Below, in pieces: positions 11,647 to 20,675 of a stretch of 27,366 nt of DNA. The number at the start of each line of letters is the position of its first letter. Position 1 is the stretch's first letter. The position numbers were made by a program, and so were the translations under genes. Under the pieces are notes generated by a model. It did no database searches. It saw only the letters and a program-made list of their open reading frames with translations, and was not told where the DNA came from. This DNA comes from Catajapyx aquilonaris. Lineage: Eukaryota. The stretch covers positions 62,001 through 89,366 of the forward strand of contig KZ538266.1 of assembly GCA_000934665.2 (NCBI GenBank). The letters are read 5' to 3'.

Positions 11647-12529
11647 ATGAGCAACTTGGTCCGTCTCGCTATAGCCGGGCTGTCTGTGTACGGATTTTGC
11701 AAGCAGAATAGATTTTTAGCGAATGCTGCATCCCTGGCAAGAGGTCAGTATAATTATTATGGTTCATTACATAACAAAATGTATAGGCTACTCATTTGAG
11801 ATGCCGAAAATATTACCAACAATGGCAGTATATCAAACGATGACACAACCTTTATGCCCACGAATTTATAAGGTTTCGCGGAATGATAAATTAAGTTGAA
11901 CGTATAACATTCCCAATAATTATTCAGGGTTCGGCGACCAGTACAACTGGAAGAACTTGAAGACAGGCCTGGAAGAAGCCCAAAAGGAGAAGAAGCCTAT
12001 CATGCTCATCATACATAAGCCGTGGTGCAGGTCTTGCAGAGGTAATTATTCTTTCGCTTCATTTGTCCACGGCCAGTGTTTCCAACTGTCTCATTTTGTC
12101 TTTGGGAAGCCATGAAGCCCCGTATCGCCCAGTCTGAGGAGATCCAGGAGCTGAGCTCCAAATTCGTGATGGTCAACGTGGAGGACGATGCTGAAGTGGA
12201 CGACCCTGAGTACATGCCAGACGGAGACTACATCCCCAGGGTCCTCTTCTTAAGTGCGTATGACTCTTTTTGTTCAGTACGACTATTGTTGGGACGTTGT
12301 GGTTCGGCAATCAGACCTGTCCATGCTGACTTGTGCCCCAACCACAAACGACGTCAATGTGAACCCTTCTTAACACTGCTTCTCTGTGTGCTGCACAGGC
12401 CCGAATGGAAAGGTGGCCAAGGGGATATTCAACGAGTACGGACACCCGGGGTACAAGTACTTCTACCAGAGCCCAGGTCCGATCGCAGACGCCATGCGAC
12501 GGGCTCTCAAAGACATGGGATTTCAATAG
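11647..12529 (+). CDS. TXNDC12: Thioredoxin domain-containing protein 12-like (ERp18/AGR family), 161 aa, 4 exons
   Basis: Exons 11647-11743, 11928-12041, 12110-12253 and 12399-12529. Product: MSNLVRLAIAGLSVYGFCKQNRFLANAASLARGFGDQYNWKNLKTGLEEAQKEKKPIMLIIHKPWCRSCRAMKPRIAQSEEIQELSSKFVMVNVEDDAEVDDPEYMPDGDYIPRVLFLSPNGKVAKGIFNEYGHPGYKYFYQSPGPIADAMRRALKDMGFQ*. The hallmark motifs GFGD, IHKxWCxxC, FVMVN, PDGxYIPRxLF and YKYFY match TXNDC12. AATAAA at 12576-12581. Confidence 0.95.
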
Positions 12530-12836
12530 GCCTGACCAGCTTCCGGCACAACCATATGTGATTCAAGGATGTCGTAATAAAATTGTCAAGTACAAACGGA
12601 TTTTGCCTGTGTCCTGGGTGGTATCTGGTAGCAGGGCAGTTTCTCCTTGTGATCTCTACGTTGGTGATAATGAAGATAAAAATGTGAACAGGTGGGTGAT
12701 TCAAAGGGGGTGGCGGCGAGTGGGTGGGTGGGGCGTATCAATCAGCCGACCTGTGGAGATAAATAGTGGGGGTAAGCTCTAATGAAAAGTCTCGGTGTCT
12801 GTGCTCACCTTCTCACTTTGGAAAGCAGTGCTCATC

Positions 12837-15800
12837 ATGACGGAACACTCCAGAATCGGATTCCTCCTCCTCATCTGCTTGGCCGGTAAGGATACCAATA
12901 ACATTATTATTCAGAAGGTTGGTCAGTGGTACGGGTGATAAGGTTTGGCCAATGTTAATTACTGTTAACACAAGAGTGGGTTGTAACCGTAAAATGATAT
13001 TCAGTCTGCAGTGCAGGAATAGAAGCATTCAGATAGGGAACGAGAATTGGATTACATATGGGTGGAGTATTGCCCCTCTGCTAAGTCCCTAACAATAATT
13101 ACTAACTGTAAGTGTAGTAAAATATGAAGAAAAAAACGCCAAATGATGCACTGTCTGTAATGTGACGACACCTTGGGTGACGCAATCGACTAGTGACTCA
13201 AAATGGAAACCTGAGCAAATAACTTCGTGATTGGCCAAATTGCATTACCTGTTATGAAAGTACATGGACAAAGTATAAAGTGACAGCTTTTCCTTAAAAA
13301 TGCACTTAGACTATTCGAATCAGAGATGATGCAGTTTACCGCCGACCATGAGCTTACGTATTTAATTACGTGCACATAGTTTCGCAATAACACTCGGTTT
13401 TCTGTGAGCGTGATTTATTAGCCTACTATGGGTTCTTCCATAAGCTTTCGTGTGGATTTCCATGATTATGATTTATGACTGTGTTTTAATAGCTCCTGCT
13501 AGGAGCTAGGCTAGGGCGACACGGTGGTGTAGTGGTTAACGCCACAGCCTTCCACCTCTAAGGTCCCGAGTTAGATCCCCGGGTCGGACGGAAGACACTT
13601 ATGTGGAAAGGTTTTGATGTGTTCTCGCCGTGTGTGCGTGCTTTTCTCGGGGTTCTCCCGTTTCCTCCCACTACCAAAAACCCATAATGCCAGCTACCCT
13701 TAGTTGCTGTGGCACAACCAACAAACCTAATAATATCTCATGCTAACTCAAGCTAATAATGTGCTCCTTTAAAATAACACTTTCATTGCTCGCATAATTA
13801 TTCGATCCTTCTTACGGAACATTCTGTAAGCGGACCTGAGAGGGTTTTTGATTTTAAACGTTTCTATTCCTTCTTTTATAGCTTATTCAATTTGGTGACA
13901 CTATTATTTTTGTATATGAAGCTACTATTGCTACAGAATCTGCCCACCCAACCCACAAGCAGCATTTGATAACTTGAATTCACCCCTCTAGTTGGAGACT
14001 ACTCTAGCCAGCAGTCAGTCCTTCGAGGACCTACAGCTATCACATATAGGCCTGAACATTTTAAACACAGTGTCACATTGCAGGAGCATGGTCGACAAAC
14101 CTGACGACAGACTGCGACCCCAAAGTGATGAAATCAAAGATAGAAGCCAAAGTACAGGAAGCTTTTCCTGCTGGATCCGGCCTTCCTCTATCAGCATCTG
14201 CACTGGCACAGGACTGCAAGTGAGAAAGAAATAATAACCCTGATGGTCATTGTGGATGTTGGATTGCTTTATGCATCAGTCGCTGATATAAAATGTTTTG
14301 GTACTTTTCCACAGAAAAGTGAGGTCAGTCCTAGACGACGTGCTGACGGTGATAAATCCATGTGTGCCTCCTGTTATTTCGCAATCCATCATCCCCCAAT
14401 TTCTCGTCGGGATCAGGAAGATGCTGGATACACTTGTCCTACCAGGAGAACTGCAAGATGGTAATAATATATATAAACTGCATTTACTCCCCGAATGCTC
14501 CGAACACCTGAATTTAGAATCTTGAGTGATGTACAACTTTCAATGTAATTCTCATTGGTAATTCTCCATACCTCCAAGAATTCTCAAAATACCAACTGCC
14601 TCTGCTACAATCTGATATTTTTCCCTCCCTATTTGCAGCATACCTGGAAGTGGCCCCCTGCTTCTCTAAGAATCTGGCCATCATATCTTCTTGCGCTGCT
14701 TCTTTCCATTCAGAATTGCAAGAGGCTTTAGCCAACAACAACTTCAGAGGAGTATGTTGGTGAGTTATGATGGGCGCCACGAATAGCTGAAGAGGAGGCA
14801 TTTCGACTCTATAGTAGGGCAGGCCGAAGCAACACTCATAAGAAAAATTAGCAGTGTAATATTATTCCTAATGACGGAAAGAGAAAAGAGGCTTTGTTTT
14901 AGTTAGGACATTAGAGTTTTTTTTTTTGCGCCTTTAGAATTTCTCTCATAAAAGTAAGCCATTCTTGAAAAATCATAAAATGCAAATACTGCCTGCTTAA
15001 TGATAACATACGACCTTGCATTAGGTGGAAAATTATAATTATAAAATATGTGAAAAATTACGCGTATAAGGAAAATTTGCCTTGGGCGAGGCTTTAAAGT
15101 GTCTCAGTTCTACATGCGGATTATAGCAATGTGGTGTATGGTGAAGTGTATTATATGACATTAACAGCCAACAAAGTGAAAATCTATGACTCAATCAGCC
15201 AATTTCCCTTCACCAATAGAAAAGAAAGGAATATAATATAAAATGTTAAAAGTAGCAGGATCCAGAATATCACCCATTACTGTCATAATATTATGATGCT
15301 GTGGTCTTCATTGCCACTGCCTAAATAATAGTGCAAACAGATCTAGGTTTTGGCTTGAATTTGCGGATGCTTCACAACTTCCCGTATGAAATAATTACAG
15401 TTATATGTAATTGACCACATTGCTTTACACGATGCGTCATCTTGACACACACCATGGTTCAATCAGCCCTACCCAAGTGGAAGGGCAAAATAGCGCTGAG
15501 GAATTCTGACAAATCAATACAACATATAATAATCTTGATAGCAACAAAAAGTATAGAAAATTTGTTACATTCTTATTGTTACCGGTACCTAAAATCATCT
15601 GACACCTTTCTTTGCAGTCCGTTGAAACGACTTCAGGGATGTTTGGAAGTGTTGGGAGAAAACGATGTTTGTGGTCAGAAGTCCAAGCAATTCTTGGATA
15701 TGGCAACCTCTACTTCCAGGAGTGATCTGATTCAGGTAGTTATAGAAATTGAAGAGAACAATACTAAATTTGTAGCTCAAAAATATAGGGTGGTACCCAA

Positions 15801-16950
15801 ATTGCGCACTTCCTCCCAGATGTAATATTCTTACAAATTTTAAAGACGAAATTAAAATGGCTGATTTCGGAGATTTCTGCTGCAACACGGAGGTGATCGC
15901 TTGTTCTGTTTGGAATTGCCATAACAGACTGATAATAATAGGAGCCATCCTGCACACCAAGCGACGCGCCAAACATTTCTGATGCACGGTGTCGCCTGAA
16001 AAATAGGGTGACTCCTATATCATCGGCATGTTATGGCGATTCCAAACTGAACATGCAATTACCTGTGGCAGAAATCACCATTTGAAGTAAGGTTGTCTTT
16101 GAAATTCCCAAGAAGCTTCAATCCGAGTGGACGCCTCCGGCACCACGTCCTGTAAAATAATGATTGCCTCACTGACTTATCTGTCATAAATGTATTAAAT
16201 GATGTGCTGCATGTTTGTCAATAATTTCAGATTGTGTGCGAAAAAATGGAATGTACCACCAGGACATTACACGATGCTGTAGTATTTAAAGATCCTGGAT
16301 CCTCTACACCCACGACTACAACTACCACTACCACGACTACAACTACCACAACCACGCCTCCAACTACAACCACGCCTCCAACTACGACAACCACGCCTCC
16401 AACTACGACAACCACGCCTCCAACTACGACAACCACGCCTCCAACTACAACAACCACGCCTCCAACTACAACCACGACTCCAACTACGACAACCACGCCT
16501 CCAACTACAACCACGACTCCAACTACGACAACCCAGGCTACAACCAGCACATCCCAGGGTACAAGCACATCACCCAAGGTTACAACCAGCGCATCCCAGG
16601 GTACAAACACATCACCCAAGGGTACAACCAGCGCATCAAAGGGTACAAGCACATCATCCAAGGGTACAACCAGCGCATCAAAGGGTACAAGCACATCATC
16701 CAAGGGTACAACCAGCGCATCCCAGGGTACAACCACCTCTACCAAGGCTACAACCAGCGCATCCCAGGGTACAACCACCTCTACCAAGGCTACAACCAGC
16801 TCATCCCAGGGTTCAACTAATCCACCTACACCCACTCCAAAACCCACCCACGCAACAACTGAGACCACAACAAAGGGTGCCGCTGGAATTGGTGCCACCC
16901 TCGCCACCACCGTCTCCCTTGTCCTCGTGGCACTCCTCCTCAGCCATTAA
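12837..16950 (+). CDS. Gene D: 429 aa GPI-anchored-like mucin-stalk glycoprotein with N-terminal Cys-rich domain homologous to gene C (6 exons)
   Basis: Exons 12837-12885 (MTEHSRIGFLLLICLA), 14084-14219, 14315-14460, 14639-14759, 15618-15735 and 16231-16950. Introns are GT-AG with phases 1,2,1,2,0, and exons 1-5 have the same lengths as in gene E. The last exon reads IVCEKMEC, then a Thr/Ser/Pro stalk, then GAAGIGATLATTVSLVLVALLLSH*. Confidence 0.92.
13514..13760 (+). mobile_element. tRNA-derived SINE with V/Meta-type conserved core (in intron 1 of gene D)
   Basis: Pol III A box TGGTGTAGTGG (13525-13535) and degenerate B box GAGTTAGATCCC (13568-13579). These are followed by ...TGTTCTCGCCGTGTGTGCGTGCTTTTCTCGGGGTTCTCCCGTTTCCTCCCAC..., resembling the V-SINE/MetaSINE core. 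The 3' end is approximate and no clear TSD is visible. Confidence 0.8.
16306..16811 (+). repeat. Coding tandem repeats of the gene D mucin stalk (21-bp period)
   Basis: A CCAACTACGACAACCACGCCT-type array (TTTTTPP, ~16340-16530) is followed by 13 heptapeptides of the GTTSASK/GTSTSSK type (~16536-16808). Confidence 0.95.
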
Positions 16951-18096
16951 CCTCGGAAGCATCTGACTGTGACTTTCCACGTCCTTTGACACTAACCGCG
17001 AGTGGTTTGTGACTAGAAACATGCACAAATAGAAATAACTTGATGAAGAAGTGTCACTATAGTGGTATATCCAACGCGACGTGGAGCAGTGGACAGTGTT
17101 GCATTTTTTGCGCCAAGAATTTATTACACTACTTTATCGTGCATGTGCCTGCTGCTTGTGTTTGCAGAGTAGTGGTGCGACGCAAATGTATTTAAAAATT
17201 GTTTCGTGAAACATATGGTTAAATTGTTGAAGACGATCCATGTTGTAGGAGGCCACCTAGTTAACAATAATAGGGCCTACCGGAGATGTCTGTGATATAA
17301 TGCAAAATAATACAAGAGCATAAGACAGTAGTCGTACGTCTTGAGGCGCACTACTGGTATGGCATAATATTTCCATTGGTGCATGTTTTCCAGTGGACTC
17401 TTTGCAAAGAAAATGGATAGTTTTCACCTTTTTTTCACTGGAGCACTGGAGTATGTATTCATCGCACACATCTTGCACTCATCGTTAACGTTGTAATTGA
17501 AAAATATTAGTTTCGAGCCAACCTGTTTCTGAAGTGATTGATTCAGTCATTCGCTGTTGCAACCGTAAATGACATGGATTCTATTAAGATAATATGTGAC
17601 ACATATTCAGTGTCACGTAAATATTGTACAGTCTTTCTGACTATTATGCTGTAATATGATTGTATTGTTTACAAAAAATAAATTGAAGACCACAGATTCA
17701 GCCTCTATTTTTTATCATACGACGTAATAATAGTATTTACAACACACGTCAATAAGGTACATATTTCCTAGCTGGAATAGCTGTTCAAGATACATAAGCT
17801 ACAAATCCCAATAAGGTGGCGAAACCAATAACACAAGCTACCTCTCCTCTTCGCTACCCTTGCCGATTGTCAGGGTTACCAATTAATTAATTTCTATCAC
17901 AATAAATTGGTTCATTATCTTGACACTAACTCGCGAAAAGAAATAATTGCTCATACTGAACCAATAGGCTCCTTTTGTTCTTTTCCATGCACTTTTTGAC
18001 TGATCATCTTTCCTTCCATCCCGCTCAACTTACTTTCATTCTTTCCCGGATACGCCTAATTCTAACTTAATAGTTATGATTAATAACGTACATGGT

Positions 18097-18149
18097 GATA
18101 ACAACAACACCATCACGGCATATCCCTATAAGGGGTAGTCAGCGATGAC
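18097..18149 (-). mobile_element. Short RTE-like retroposon 3' tail remnant
   Basis: Minus strand reads GTCATCGCTGACTACCCCTTATAGGGATATGCCGTGATGGTGTTGTTGTTATC: a CCC..GGGAT stem-loop plus a (GTT)n tail like RTE-clade 3' ends. It is similar to both arms of the 22317-22417 palindrome. Confidence 0.45.
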
Positions 18150-20618
18150 GGGGGCCACAAGCTAACCCAAAATATGAACTAAATTAAAACTTGTAAAAAT
18201 AAACCTATAAACAATTCGTCCCGTCCCCCACCCCTGTCCATCTCAAATCAAATGGTAATAATTATTATAATACGGATAATATAGTATATTGTATTTTTAC
18301 AGAATGTAGTTAAACGAGTAACCTTCCTTACAACCTTATTGAACTGGACAGGGACCCTTTCTTTATGTTATCTTCGCTGATTGGTTTTTTTCCTCCCACT
18401 TTATTATTTTCTCTTTTGGTTGTTCTTGCTCTGGATCCCATGTTCCGATTGTTTATAACTTACATATTATTAATGGACGTCACTAGTACCCCTCTGCAAG
18501 CCTACCGGAGTAATTAATTAAATAAAAACTGGAATAGTTGTAGGCCTACCGCGTAATACACGCTATTAATTTTTTGCCTCTTTTTGCCTTATTCAATAAA
18601 GCAATAATATTGCCTTAATATATACAGTACATACCGGTACGGTATCATATGAATCGAAAATATTCATAAAACTCTGCACCTGAAGTAATAAGTGTAGCTT
18701 TTCTGAAGTAATTTCAAAATCCGATTGTGATAATGTTGTGCTTACATATTTTGTCACATAGAGTATGCAGTTTTTCAGTCATGACAGTGCCCGTCAAGAC
18801 CGCAAATATGTGCCCGAACACATCATGGTAATTTTCTGTCTACAAAACTTTTCCTGCCTCCTGCATATTATGAATTCCTGAATGACCATCTGAATCAGTA
18901 AATCTGTTTTAAATCACGTGATTCATTGAATCTTGTGTTAGATCTCGAATGTCGCATCCTTCTAGACTCCCTTCGAAATGCACCCCTCTGGTACCGAGAC
19001 AACAACAAAAATAATAACACGGCATTTTCCTATCAAATCTGCAAGCAGACATGAAGTTAATAGGCGTGATTTGACTTTTAAAACTAGGCTAAATAAGATC
19101 ATGCGACCTCGTAGCGGAATTCAGTGAAATCAAATGTATTACAGATTCACGAAAAGCAACTTTGGGCACTTAGACAAGCGCAAATAAACATTATAAATAC
19201 CCAAACAACTTTCTGTAGCCCATACGGCGGAGTGTCGCATCGTCAAGTCTGTTCCCAATCAAAGTGTTGCAAACTTCCTATTTCCTGTTCGATCATAGGC
19301 TTACTTCCTTCGCATTCTATTATTATTTTTAGAGCCACACATTTGATATTTTAGATCTTCCACGACCATAACAACTCGTCAAGGCGAGGATTATTATTAA
19401 TGCCTTGCGTTACATTTATCTATGGCCTAAGGAACACGAATATGGCGATGAATATCCGTGGACAGAATTTTTTATTTATTTTTGTTGCATAGTGATTTTG
19501 TGCATGCAGTGATGGAGGTATACCCGGTTGATTGGGTACAATATTTAAAAACATTATTTCCTGCTCATTGTGAATAATATCAAGAACAATATACCGGTAT
19601 TACGTCTTGTATCAGAGATTTTCCATTAATTCTGTACTCGTTTTCTAGTCATTCTGTTAGATTCTATACATTATTCAAGCTACATAGTAATATATATCTT
19701 TCTAACTTAACTTGCCGTCTAGCAAAACGCTATGAGATTGTCCCACAGAGTCACAGCCACCGGAATTCATCCATGCTGGCTTATATGAATGCAAGGTTCC
19801 GCAGGTAAATGTGGCGCAGATTGTGGTTTATTTAAAAGTACAATAACAGAGTCATATGAGGCAACATAGCCGATGCACAGGATATTAATCACATGAGTAG
19901 GCCTACACTTCATACTGCCGGTTTCAAACGGAAGTTTCCTGACTAGAGTCCAGTCGTTATTGGGTAAACGTGCGATTCTGTTCAATCTCTGATTACACCT
20001 ACATTGGCGATAATGGTGATAATGGAAGCATGTGGGTTAGACAGAAGGAAGTAGGTTCAAGGTACGTGCAAAGCTTATAAATCAGTGTCGCAATCACACT
20101 GTCATCGTAACTAATGTGCAATTTGGTCTCACCTTTTCACGTACATACGTACAGTGTGCACTGTGCATTTTACCACCATTTATGTGCTGGATAATCATGC
20201 ACTTATGATCAACGAAAATAATATTCAAATTCACGGTTTGCAACCAAAAAAACAAACATGTAAAGTTCGCATTTTCGATGAAGTAGTAAGTGATTGTTTA
20301 ACAATTATTACTGGCGTAACATAGAAAAGAGGGGGCGCATAAAAAAATTTGAAGGGCAGAATGACGCGCTTTATGAACGGCCTCTAATATGTGGTAGCTT
20401 TGCGGCTCTTACATGTGCTTATCACACCGCATTATGAGGAATTCTTTGCTGGCATTTCATATCCATTCTAAATCCAGGTAGCGACACATGACCTTAACGT
20501 TGAATGAGATATGCCCGCCCTAGCTATAATCCTCATCTTGCTCACATTTGCTTTGCGGTGATACAATGAACTACGTGTACTGATAATAGGGCAGGTAAAT
20601 AGGTTACGCAAACTGGAC

Positions 20619-20657
20619 TATATAAGTATATTGGCCTCTGTGATACACGTCTCACTT
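20619..20657 (+). promoter_or_regulatory. TATA box and Inr-like element of gene E
   Basis: TATATAA at 20619-20625 lies about 30 nt before TCACTT (20652-20657). The CTCACTTTGGAAA...GTGCTCATCATG leader is shared with gene D. Confidence 0.55.
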
Positions 20658-20675
20658 TGGAAAAAAGTGCTCATC

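Noticed and set aside
13514..13586. Functional tRNA gene
   Set aside because: The B box is degenerate, no convincing cloverleaf forms, and it runs straight into a SINE core.
16227..16910. Val-rich antisense ORFs (also 23453-24175 and 24227-24514)
   Set aside because: These mirror the ACN Thr codons in the mucin stalks and are stop-free for compositional reasons.
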